64,000 nucleotides of DNA from Octopus vulgaris. Lineage: Eukaryota. The DNA lies in contig OX597829.1 of assembly GCA_951406725.2 (NCBI GenBank), positions 28,954,001 to 29,018,000 of the forward strand, written 5' to 3'. A program made the position numbers and the translations under genes. Below, in pieces: positions 12,906 to 25,715 of this stretch; the first letter of the stretch is position 1, and every line of letters starts with the position of its first letter. Under the pieces are notes generated by a model. That model saw nothing but the letters and a program-made list of their open reading frames with translations, was not told the origin of the DNA and ran no database searches.

Positions 12906-15404
12906 TAACAATTATTTCAACTACTATAACTGTTGTAGAAAAACTGGTGACTATAAAAAATAACCCGCTATAGAACAAACTATACTGCTGTAGATACCAC
13001 GAGAGAAACTCTCATATTATCTTTTACTGCAAAATGCATTCTTGTTTATATTACAAGTGGGGAGATAAATCCCTGAAACTATCACTTGATTTTGACTTTC
13101 TTTGGTCTCATCAGTGATGGATACCCAACTGCTAGAGATAGTGGCAATTCATCTTCCTGCTAGTAATGTATAGAAAAACAGTGCCAGAACAGGTGCCAGT
13201 GTTGTGATTAGCCAATGAGCTTATTGTATTGATCCCCAGGAAAAGCAAAGTTGTCCTTGGTCCTTGGCAGGATTTGATTTCAGTATATGAAGAGCCTGAA
13301 TGAATACCACAAGATATTTGTTTTTTCTACATTTCTAATGATTCTGCTAATCTACCAACAATAATTTTTTCTAGTATAGACACAAGCCCCCAAAAGACAA
13401 AAGGCGATATTGACTATAGTGGAATTTGAACTCACAGCGAAATTTGATTGTCAAAATGTCGTTAAACATTAACGACATTTTGTTTGGCATGCTAATGATT
13501 CTGACAGCTCACCACCTTACAATGTACCAATAAATAATCTTTTGGACTAAAGGCACAAGGCCTGAAATTTGGGGGATGGGACTAGTCAATTACATCAAGG
13601 CCAGCAACTTCAGGGGAGAGGACGAGCCAATTACATCATTTACAGTACTCAATTGGTACTTAATTTATTGACCCCCAAAAGGATGAAAAGCAATGTCAAC
13701 CTTGGCAGAATTTGAACTCAGAACATAAAGATGGACGGATGGACGAAATGCCATAAAGCATTTTGCCCACCTTACAATCTACAAATAAATAATAATAAAC
13801 AGTTTTGTTAAAAAGTCTTTGTTTTATTATTATTTTTTTTTTTTTTGTCATCATAAAGGAAAAAAAAATCTTTAAATGAGGCGTATAGTCATCTTTAGGT
13901 GTATCATCTTACTGAATGAAAACATAAACCATCATGTGTGTAGGACCATCCTCCTTTCAAAAGAATCCAAAGCAGAAATCTAAGTAGAATATATAATCCC
14001 TTTTACATTGTTCTTTGTTGTTTTTTGGTATTTTTGTTTGTTTGTTTTTTAATCATTTTTGAGTTGTTTTCTTTTTTTTTTTCTTTTTTTTCAGAAATGA
14101 TATTGCTGTTGTTATCGTTGTCATCATCTTTGCTTGATAAACCCACCCACCAACCTTCTTCACACATTACCCCCATTCAAATCTGGTCAAACTGCTGCTG
14201 TGACCCACAAGAAGCCAATCAAATAGCTCTGTTGACCCACAAACCTAACACACCTGATATGGCATGAAGAATGTTTACCGTTTCTTCTTAAATGTCACCG
14301 ATGGCTACTTTTTGCTTTTGTTTTAGTTTTATTGCTTTGTTTTGTGGAAGGATTTTATTTTATTATTGTTTTTCTTTTCTGTCTTTTTGTTTGTCTGAAA
14401 AGAGGAAATGTTGATATCAACAGGGTTCAATACACAACCACACACATTTGCATATAGGTAGGTGTGTGTGTGTGTGTGTGCATGAATACATCATGCTGTT
14501 GTTGATGATGACACACACACACACACACACATATACACATGTATATAATAATTTTAATGTGATCAACAGAAGAAAAAGAAACAAATAAAAAACATACTTC
14601 AGTTTTCTGACTAAAAAAACATAATTGCTTTTTGTATAATTCTGAAACATAAAATTACTTTTAAATTATCTTCAAATCTCACCTCTCTTTCACATTCTTT
14701 TCTCCCTTCTCTCTTTCTCCCCCACCTCCCTCTCTTGTTAATTGTACAAAAAATTGTTTATTTAGGGAACATTTTTATTCATTATCGAAAGCAGTTGACT
14801 TTAGCAAAAATATATTTTTAAAAAAATTTAAAAAAAGAAATATTTCCCCCTTTACTCCAATACTGTTTCAATTTCATAACATCCCCCTCCTGCTCGTTAT
14901 TTTCACTGATTAGGACTTCTGCAAGATGCTAATTAAACTTATTTCATGGTAGTAATATTTCTAATGAAATATGCTGTCCACATGTTCCAGTAAATTTTGA
15001 AAATAATCAAAGATTTGAAAGGATTTAGTAAAATAACTTTTCTTTTTCTCAGACAGTCATTTTCAAACTCTGAGTTAGGTACATAATCTTTATGACACCA
15101 AAATAGTCCTCGTATATAAGCAAAGGCATGGCTATGTAGTTAGGAAGTTCACTTTGCAACCACCAGGTTTCAGGTTCAGTCCCACTGCATGGCACTTTGG
15201 ACAAATGTCTTGTACTATAGCTGCAGGTTGACCAGTGTCCAATGAGTGGGTTTCCTAAATGGAAACTGTATGGAAAGCCATTGCATATTTATATGTATAT
15301 ATATGTGTGTGTGTGTGTGTAGATATATATATATGTGTGTGTATATATAAAAAATTTAAATAATGAGGGTCATCCCTTATACGTATATATATATGTGTGT
15401 GTGC

Positions 15405-15507
<103 letters not shown>

Positions 15508-15559
15508 GTTATGCTTTAACCATCCATTGAAAGTACCTGGAAGACCCTCCATAATCATT

Positions 15560-16280
15560 TTAAGAATTATAATCTATTTCATTTGATAACAGCAGTAAAA
15601 CAGCTAACTTCTTAGATGTGACTCCTGACTTAAATGCAAACTAGGGTTTACCCTTACCATAAGTCAAATGAATCATTGCAATATATCAATAATCCACCTA
15701 ATTTCCATAGATTTCCCCTTAATAGCATTATCACTGGTGTCTCAAGCAAGATCTCTAACCTATCAAGCTAAAGAGGATATCTTTAACAATCATACACTGT
15801 ACTATACCCATGGTTCTCCAGAATAATGGCTTCTGTGAGAGGCTCTCATATATTCCCAATACTAGACTAAAAGTAAATCTTGAATTTTTCTTTCCTAGTA
15901 TGGAATCTAAGCCCTCCAGGCTTGCCTCAACCTATCCACATCCCATCATACTGCAACCAAATTCCCCTGTTGCCCGTACCCACCTGGTATTCCAGTTACC
16001 TAAGAGGTTGAATAATCTCCAACTTACCCTGGGTAGCCTGCTCATCACTATGCCAGGTTCTAAGCCCTCCAAGGGCAGAAAGTAGGATATGTTATAGTTT
16101 GCACCATCATTCTCTCCCCGGGTTAAATCTTTACCCAAGCTATTTTTCAAAATCCTATGTTCTAATTTCCCACCATGCCATAATTATTACCCATCTTCAA
16201 TAAATCTCTGCTTAAAATCTCATACTCTGCAACTCCAAACTTGGGATCTATAATTGCTTCTTCCAATAGGCACAAACTTA
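15560..16280 (+). mobile_element. Penelope-like retroelement RT thumb/linker remnant (Naiad-like)
   Basis: TANFLDVT.DL, YHKSNESLQYIN, ISNLSS, DIFN, then *FAPSFS (degenerate WFNPPFS), NFPPCH and SYSATPNLGSII across frameshifts. Confidence 0.75.
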
Positions 16281-16829
16281 GCCATCTTACTGTGGGTTCA
16301 GTTTCACTGCAGAGCACCTTGGGCTAGTGTCTTCTAACACAGAGCCAAGTTGGTCAATGCTTTGGGAGTTAATTTTGTAGATGGAAACCGTGGAAACTCA
16401 TTGAATATACATATATGTAAGAGCATGTATCTATGTGTTTTGCGTTGTGCTTGTTACCACCACCACCACCACCATCATCACCACCATCACCACCTGAGTA
16501 ATGGTGTTGGCTTGCTTACATCTCCATAACTTAGTGTTTTGGCAAAAGAGACTGATAGAATATGTACCAGACTTAAAAAAGAGGTACTGGTTGAGATCTG
16601 TTCCACTAAAACCCTTCGAGGCTGTGCCCCAGCATGGCCACAGTCCAATGAATGAAATAAGTAAAAGATAAATGATACAAAATTACGATAGAGTGTTTTT
16701 ATTTACTGTGGGTTTGTTGTATTTTTGTTGCTTTTTTTGTTTTTTGTTGTTTTTTTTGTATCACAAAAAACCAGTTAGTATCAAGAGATGGCACCCAAAA
16801 GAGTTAATGATGACTATTACTCTTTTTTT

Positions 16830-17188
16830 TTTTTACTCTTTTACTTGTTTCAGTCATTTGACTGCGGCCATGCTGGAGCACCACCTTTAGTACTTATTCT
16901 ATCGGTCTCTTTTTGCCGAACCGCTAAGTGACGGGGACCTAAACACACCAGCATCGGTTGTCAAACAATGCTAGGGGGACAAACACAGACACACACACAC
17001 ATATACATATATATACATATATACGACAGGCTTCTTTCAGTTTCCGTCTACCAAATCCATTCACAAGGCATTGGTCGGCCCGGGGCTATAGCAGAAGACA
17101 CTTGCCCAAGATGCCACGCAGTGGGACTGAACCCGCAACCGTGTGGTTGGTTAGCAAGCTACTTACCACACAGCCACTCCTGCGCCTA
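16830..17188 (-). mobile_element. SINE family A
   Basis: Reverse complement of the family A consensus with a short internal deletion. Confidence 0.9.
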
Positions 17189-18545
17189 TGTTGATTTTAC
17201 CAGAACGAAACTCTTACAAGTACTGAAGTTTATAAAATTTCTTGGACAGACCGAAAAAAAAGGACATAATTAATCAGCATGGTTTCTTTCATGTGTTTTT
17301 CCTTCAAATTAAAACCATTGATTCCAGCAGTTACATTAACTTAAAGTCTTTCAGGAAGTTTTCAATTTCTGTGTCACATTTTAAACGATTGTTGGCACTT
17401 TTGATATGTATTTCCTTTTAAGACTTTTGTAAACAGGAAAAAAATATTTTGTGTGAAATTGGGCAGATACAGCAGTAAAGCTGGTGAATAAGTGGAATCC
17501 TATATTCTTTAAAGACGTCTTGGTACAATCGGTGCCCTGATGTAGCAGAGATGTTTAATGAAAAATGTATGAACGTTTTCAAGCTGGGAAAATTTAGTGC
17601 ACATTTTCCACATGAAGACAGGATGGTGGTTCAGAGGTTGAGAACCAAATTCAACTTGTCAAAATGAATTAACATATATTTTCATCCTTAAAAATTTGAT
17701 AAAATAAATACCAGTGGTTTACATTGGGCTAAATTGCCACACTTGTAAGGGGCAGCAGAAAATACTAACCTTAATTTTTTTTTATAAGAGAACTCAATTC
17801 TAGCAAAAAATATAAGTAAGTGGGCTTGACAGCTATCGAATCTTTCATATTTAAATAAACAAAACAAAACAAAAAAAAAAATTAGACAGCATTGATATAT
17901 TTTAAAGAGAAAAAAATAATGCATTAAAAAAAAAGATGACAAGAAGTAATGGTCCTTTGATGAATGCTTTCCTCTTTAGTTCTACAACTTTGTAGAAGCA
18001 CTTGTCAAAAAAAGGAAGACATCTTTGACAGCTACAGATTGAGGGTCTCACTGGTTGACTCCACAAAATATAGGGGGCTGTGCTTATTTATTATTTTAAT
18101 CTCTTCATATAAATCCACATCAAAAATACTAGAATACTGTGCTGCTTATATTCAGGAAAAAAAAACGCAAAAGAAAAAAAAAAAAAAATATATATTGTAG
18201 GAGTGGCTGTGTGGTAAAGAAGCTTACTTCCCAACAACATGGTTCAGGGTTTAGTCTCACTGCCTGGCACCTTGGGCAAGTGTCTTCTACTAGAGCCTTG
18301 GGCAACCAAAACCTTGTGGGTGGATTTGGTAGACAGAAACTGAAAAAAAAAACATTGTATACATCTATACACACAAACACATACACACACACTCATATAT
18401 ACTTGAAAATGGATGCGCGACATAGAAGGAAACTGAATGTAAACAAACATGGAGGGTCGTTAGACTAGAATAGTGAATGCTGAGAGAAATATTTTATTTG
18501 AAAAGAGTAAAGATAGAAGAGGGTGACGTTCTGTACCCATATATG

Positions 18546-18576
<31 letters not shown>

Positions 18577-18595
18577 GTATGTATGTATGTATGTC

Positions 18596-19480
18596 ATCAT
18601 CATCACCATTTAACGCCCGCTTTCCATGCTAGCATGGGGTTGGACGATTTGACTGAGGACTGGCAAACCAGATGGCTGCACAAAGCTCCAATCTGATCTG
18701 GCAGAGTTTCTACAGCTGGATGCCCTTCCTAATGCTAACCACTCCAAGAGTGTAGTGGGTGCTTTTATGTGCCACCAGCATGAGGGCCAGTCAGGCAGTA
18801 CTGGCAACAGCCCCACTTAAGCAGTGTTTTTATATGCCACCTGCACAGGAGCCAGTCCAGCAGCACTGGTAACGACCTCACTCAAATATTTTTCACATGC
18901 CACCCGCACAAGTGCCAGTAAGTGCCTTACTGGTAACAATCACGTTTGAATGGTACTTTTTATGTGTCACTGGCACGGAAGCCAGTCAGTTGCTCTGGCA
19001 GCAATCACGCTCAGATGGTGCTCTTAGCGCCCAACTGGCACAGGTGCCAGTCATTGAATTTGCGAATTTGATTTGATTTCAATTTCACTTACCTCAACAG
19101 GTCTTTGCAAGCAGAGTTTAGTGTCCAATGATGAAAAGGTATGCATAAGTGGGCTGGTTACACCCCTGGCACAGGCCACGAGGTTATGGTCTCATTTGGC
19201 TTGCCAGGTCTTCTCACGCACTGCATATTTCCAAAGGTCTCGGTCACTAGTCATTGCCTGGGTGAGGCCTAATGTTCAAAGGTCATGCTTCACCACCTCA
19301 TCCCAGGTCTTCCTGGGTCTACCTCTTCCACAGGTTCCCTCAACTGCTAGGGTGTGGCACTTTTTCACACAGCTATTCTTACCACATGACCATACCAGCG
19401 TAGTCATCTCTTTTGCACACCACATATGATGCTTCTTAGGCCCAACTTTTCTCTCAAGGTACTTACACTCTGTAGAGTAT
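18596..19480 (-). mobile_element. 5'-truncated RTE LINE (ORF C-terminus, 3' UTR with diverged ~63-bp tandem units, (GAT)n tail)
   Basis: VEGTCGRGRPRKTWDEVVKHDL*TLGLT..MTSDRDLW is a typical RTE C-terminus. Confidence 0.9.
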
Positions 19481-19884
19481 GCACACATATATGCATATAT
19501 ATATTATTTATATTATACACACATACACACACACACAGATATATACAGATATATACATATATATGTATGTATATGTATATATTTGTGTATCTATGTTTGT
19601 ACCCCCACCATCACTTGACAACTGATATTGGTGTGTCCCTGTAACTTAGGGGTTCAGCAAAAGAGACCAATAGAATAAGTACTAGGCTTACAAAGAATAA
19701 GTCCTGGGGTCGATTTGTTCGACTAAAGACGGTGCTCCAAAATGGCTGCAGTCAAATGACTGAAACATGTAAAAGAATAAAAGGATATATGAAGAAACTA
19801 TGCCATTATTTTTTTATGGAAACAATTTGCTAAGAAATACTGTGACTTTGACAACTTTTGTCTACTTTTGTTTATGTGGCTGTT

Positions 19885-20657
19885 AGGCTGGTTAGTCAGT
19901 TAATAAGCTGGTTGGCCACTTGGTTGGCTGGCTGACTGGCTGGTTAGTCAGTTGGTTGGTTGGTTGGTTGGTTGGTTGATTGGTCGGTTGCTTGGTCGGT
20001 TGGTTGGTTGGTTGGTCAGTTGGTTGGCTGGTTAGTTGGTTTGTCGGTTGGTTAGTTGTTTGGTTGGTTGATCAGTTGGTCAGTTGGTTGGTCGAGTGTT
20101 TAGTTGGTTAGTTGGTTCATTGGTTAGTTGGTTGGCTGGTCAGTTGGTTGGTTGGTTGGTTATCTGGTCGGTCAGTTAGTTGGCTGGTTGATTAGTTGGT
20201 TGATTGGTTAGTTGGTTGAATAGTTGTTTGGTTGGTTAGTTGGTCGGTCAGTTGGTTGGTTGGCTGGCTGGTTGGCTGGTTTGATGGTTGGATGGTTGGC
20301 TGAAATGTTAGCACACCGGGCGAAATGCTTTGCAGTATTTCGTCTGCCGTTACGTTGTGAGTTCAAATTCTGCCGAGGTCGACTTTACCTTTCATCCTTT
20401 CGAGGTCGATAAATTAAGTACCAGTTACGCACTGGGTCGATTTAATCGACTTAATACCTATGTCTGTCCTTGTTTGTCCCTTCTATGTTTAGCCCCTTGT
20501 GGGTAATAAAGAAACAGGTTGGCTGATTGGTTAGTTGGTTGGATGGTTGGTTTGTTGGTTGGTTGATTGGTTGGTTGGTCAGTCAGTTGGTTAGCTAGTT
20601 GGTCAGTTGATCGATTGGTCAACTGGTTGGATGGTTGTATGGTTGATTGGTTGATTG
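19885..20657. repeat. Degenerate (TTGG)n tract interrupted by a family B SINE (about 20300-20516)
   Basis: Directly visible. Confidence 0.95.
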
Positions 20658-20797
20658 ATATGATTTTGATATCACAGAATTCTTTAGGAATGTTGCGGAA
20701 TAACAAAATTCCTCTTATTTAATTATGAAATTCCAATCATGAATCAAGATCTTCATTAAGAATATCAAAGTAAATCTATTTGAGTAAGAACATCCTG

Positions 20798-20836
<39 letters not shown>

Positions 20837-21444
20837 CCAGACAGACAGACAAGCAGGTAGGCAGGCAGACTGACAGACAGCGTTGAGTGTTGCAGTGAAG
20901 AAGACAACCAAGGAATAATTGTTTGTAAAAATAAGAAAGAAGTCAGAAATTTTGTGATACAGTAATGAAATTTGTAAACAGGAAAACAGGAGTCAGTAAT
21001 GAATTAAATCAAGCCTGGAACTCAGAACATAAAGATCCTTATAATGAATATTTTTGTGTCCTGAAGTCCTTACATAGCCTTTCTTGGATGTTAGTTGTAG
21101 GATTTCGGGGAAAAGAAAATTAATATATGTAGGAGCTTTGCCCATATTAACAAGCTGTCGAGTTGAAAAACCACTCTGCTTTCTTTACCTCAAAATAAAA
21201 GAATGAAATGAGCTTGTCTTTTCTTCCTAAGTCAATCTAGTCTTCAGAGACAACCTGGTTTTTTGTCATAGACTAAGACCATTCCTTATCATAAAACAAT
21301 AAGTTAATCCATTAGAAGCTTTGAATGATAGATTAATGGATATGTTGGTTATCTTTAATCTTGGCTGTAACCAATTTATGATGTCACCATTACTATTCTA
21401 CTCAGTGACCCAGAATGACTGATCTTTCTCTATCTTTGTATATA

Positions 21445-21490
<46 letters not shown>

Positions 21491-21529
21491 TATATACAAA
21501 GATAGAGATATATACACATATACATATAT

Positions 21530-22016
21530 ATATAGCATAATAAATGCGAATGTCAGTGCGTCACACTATTTCAACTTCACTCCTAGAGGCTGTAGCCCAA
21601 CATATCATAGCATTTTGGAATCGGGGCAACTCCATGAGTTATATAAAAAACATTCTGGGTCAAATCCAGACCCACAATCCTGAAATATTGGATGCCCAAG
21701 TTTTCATTACTTCAATTGTTTCCAGCGATTTCTTTACGCGATTTTTTGCGATGAATTTTTTTGTATAATAACAATTTTTATAACTGTGAAATAAATAATC
21801 AAAATTAATTGTGAAATACAGCAATTATTTTTGGCAATTTTTTTACCTGATTTTTGCGTTTAATATGATGTCATTGGGATATGATTCTGGAAGAAGCAAT
21901 TGCAACAAATTCTCCAAAACAAGTCAGAGGTCTGTTTGCAGATCTTCCCAATCAGGGGCAGCTGCTTAAAAGCTGTATACTAGCTTAAAAGCAACCCAAC
22001 AGGCTTTTAAGCTAGT
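21530..22016 (+). mobile_element. Probable non-autonomous Helitron-like element
   Basis: Starts in (TA)n with ATAATAAATGCGAATGTC and ends with an inverted repeat and CTAG|T at 22012-22016. Confidence 0.5.
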
Positions 22017-22024
22017 ATTTACTG

Positions 22025-22410
22025 TTTTACTTGTTTCAGTCATGTGGCTGTGGCCATGCTGGAGTACTGCCTTTAGTCGAACAAGTCAACCCCAGGATTT
22101 ATTCTTTGTAAGCCTTGGTACTTATTCTATCGGTCTCTTTTTGCCAAACCGCTAAGTTATGGAGAACGTAAACACAGTTTCGGTTGTCAAGTGATGTTGG
22201 GGGGACAAAAACACACACACACACACACATATATATGTATACATATATATGACGGGCTTCTTTCAGTTTCCGTCTACCAAATCCACTCACAAGGCTTTGG
22301 TCAGCCCAAGGCTATAGTAGAAGACACTTGCCCAAGGTGCCATGCAGTGGGACTGAACCCAGGACCATATGGTTTGTAAGCCAACTACTTACCACACAGC
22401 CACTCCTACA
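22025..22410 (-). mobile_element. SINE family A, full length
   Basis: Matches the family consensus. Confidence 0.9.
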
Positions 22411-22414
22411 CCTC

Positions 22415-22819
22415 AAATCAAAATAGATGAACATCAATGGAATTTGCCTCCGTGCTGTGGGCACGTAACAAACACCATCCGATCGTGGCCGTTCGCCAGC
22501 CTCATCTGGCACCTGTGTCGGTGGCACATAAAAAACACCATCCGAGCGTGGCTGTCTGCCAGCCTCATCTGGCACCTGTGTCGGTGGCACATAAAAAACA
22601 CCATCCGAGCGTGGCCGTTCGCCAGCCTCGTCTGGCACCTGTGTCGGTGGCACATAAAATCACCCACTACACTCTCGGAGTGGTTGGCGTTAGGAAGGGC
22701 ATCCAGCTGTAGAAACACTGCCAGATCTGACTGGCCTGGTGCAGCCTTCAGGCTCCCCAGATCCCAGTTGAACCGTCCAACCCATGCTAGCATGGAAAGC
22801 GGACGTTAAATGATGATGA

Positions 22820-22823
<4 letters not shown>
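22415..22823 (+). mobile_element. RTE 3' tail containing three near-identical 63-bp tandem units
   Basis: AACACCATCCGA recurs at 22471, 22534 and 22598 (63-64 bp period). Ends GGACGTTAAA(TGA)n. Confidence 0.88.
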
Positions 22824-22854
<31 letters not shown>

Positions 22855-23255
22855 TTCCTCTATCTTTTACTTATTTCAGTCATATTAGACTGTAGCCATG
22901 CTGGGGCACTGCCTTGAAGAATTTTTAGTCAAATGAATTGGCCTCAATACTTATTTTCTTTTTTAAGTCTGGTACATATTCTATTGATCTCTTTTACTAA
23001 ACTACTAAGTTACAGAGACATAAATACCCCAACACTAGTTGTCAAGCAGTGGTGCAGGATACACACATTCACGCATGCACACATATGTATATATGGATAC
23101 AATGGGCTTCTTTCAGTTTCCATCTATCAAGTCCACTCACATGGCTTTGACAAGCCTGAGGATATAGTAAAAGTGGCTGGCAAAAACGCCACACAGTGAG
23201 ACTAAATCTGCTGCCATTTGGTTGGGAAGCAAATTCCTTACCACGCAGCCATGCC

Positions 23256-23345
<90 letters not shown>

Positions 23346-23347
<2 letters not shown>

Positions 23348-25065
23348 GGTTAATTGAAATATGTTTGTCATTTATTTCAACTGCTAAAAAGCAAATACAC
23401 TGCAGTTACCATGGAGAAAAATTTCTCTTATGGTAAAATGGTGTGAAAACACAGTTCAGGATCTTTTCGGTTTGACCGGCAGTTTTTTAAAATAATTTCT
23501 ACATGACTAAACACTTTTAAACTTCGTATACTGGTAGAATGTGTTTATAAAGCATCTTTTTCTCTTGGCTTTATTGAGAAAATTCTATAGTTTGTAAGAT
23601 ATTTGTTGTTTTTTCTTCAATTTCTGCAATTTCAACCAATCAATGACGTCTATTGAGGTGAAAACATTCTCTGCCGTATGAAAATATCCCTCTTTTAAGA
23701 AACAGATTGAGTTTATTTACATTTGTGAAGAAAAAAAAAAAATACCCTTCCCCCCACCCCTAACCCTAACCCTAAAACAGATTGAAATGCAATAGATCGA
23801 TACTAGGGTCATAATTATGGGTGACACTTTCATATGACACCGCTAGAAAAAACTGCCGTTCAAACCAAAAAGATCCAGAGTTCATTCTGTGTTGCCATCT
23901 GTTAGGAATCTCAGACATCGACGTTTCAAGTTTTATGACTCTTGTCAATGTGATTTACTTAAGAGAGATTTCTTTATTATGATCATAAGATCTAATATAG
24001 AAGGACAGCACAGTACAATACAAAACATTAATAAAGAAATACTCAGCGAGTTTTTTTCAGTTCGGTTTTTTTTTTTTTTAACAAAAATATATTAAGTTAA
24101 AAATAAATGATTTATGTGATTAAAAATTTTGATTTCCTTACATTTTTTTCTTGTTGGTCTACTGTCCAACGGCTACATCCTTTTTTCTTTTTTCTCGTGG
24201 TAGATTAAGTAGGGACACTCACTCCCAACTTCCTTACCACATCCTTCCATCTTTTCTCATATATACTTCTAGACAGGTGTCTCCTTTCCAGCCCTATCTT
24301 GCTTTTCAGGTGATACCTGAAGTTGTAAAGCATTCCAGGGCCGGAGATGAAGATCCCTGACTTCTTACCTTGTATTCTAGTTCTCCATGCACACTCTTTC
24401 ATAAATGCACCTGTACACAGAAAACAAGCCTCACCTTCCTTGGACAGTCTGGTGGGCGGAACATTCTTAATCACAGACTCAGCTGATAACTGTACTCTTC
24501 CCAGATGTGACAAAACGTGTTCTACGTAAATTATCATCTCCGAAAGATGGAGGTTTACTTAAGAGAGGCAATCCTGAATGAACTTAATAAAGCTTTAGCT
24601 TTATATATAATTCAGTCAACACATTGATTTGCACTGGTAGATCACCCAATCAAATAAATGACAAAGCATTGGCACAAAGCAGTGTTTAGGAATGAGCATA
24701 GTTTTGGTTATTTGAAATATGTTTGTCACATATTCTCACCATTTTACCATAAGAGAGATTTTTCTCCATAGTATCTGCAGTGTATTTACCTTTTAGCACA
24801 AATCAGTCAACATGTTGACTGAATTATATTAAAACCTACAGCTTTATTAAGTTCATTCAGGGTTGCTTCTCCTTGGTTCATCTCATTGACAAGAGCCAAA
24901 AAAACTCGAAACATCAATGTCTGAGATTCCTAACAGATGGCGACACTGAACAAACTGAGTCTTTTCACACCATTTTACCATAAGAGAGATTTTTCTCCAT
25001 GGCAACTGCAGTGTATTTGCCTTTTAGCAGTTGAAATAAGTGACAAACACATTTCATCTAACCTA
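23346..25065. mobile_element. Non-autonomous DNA transposon with ~190-bp terminal inverted repeats (TAG...CTA ends, possibly Academ-like)
   Basis: 23346-23458 plus 23885-23953 is the reverse complement of about 24879-25065. There is also an internal inverted pair at 24560-24630 / 24800-24872. Confidence 0.8.
23459..23876. mobile_element. MITE with GGATCTTTT...AAAAGATCC TIRs and 8-bp TSD, nested in the left TIR of the element above
   Basis: TIR of about 30 bp. Flanks are ACAGTTCA / AGAGTTCA, and removing the MITE restores the host TIR. Confidence 0.9.
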
Positions 25066-25108
25066 AATTCTGCTCATACCTAAACAATGCTTTGCGTCAA
25101 TGCTGCAT

Positions 25109-25594
<486 letters not shown>

Positions 25595-25715
25595 ATAAAG
25601 CGGGCTCCTCTCTCCCTCTCTTAAAATATTTCAAGGTATTTTGTCTGACACTGAAACGATTCATCAATAATAGTAAAAGAAATAATAAGAATTTCTAAGA
25701 ATTTCTAGTAGCCAA

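Noticed and set aside
14255-14295. Possible miRNA (TATGGCATGAAGAAT, loosely like the miR-263/183 family)
   Set aside because: The seed differs and no convincing precursor hairpin is visible.
18770-19050. Repeat-spacer pattern resembling a CRISPR array
   Set aside because: The spacers are homologous to each other, the array lies in an RTE 3' UTR, the context is eukaryotic and there are no cas genes.
22312-22653. ORF with 21-aa tandem repeats
   Set aside because: A consequence of the 63-bp repeat in a non-coding LINE tail.
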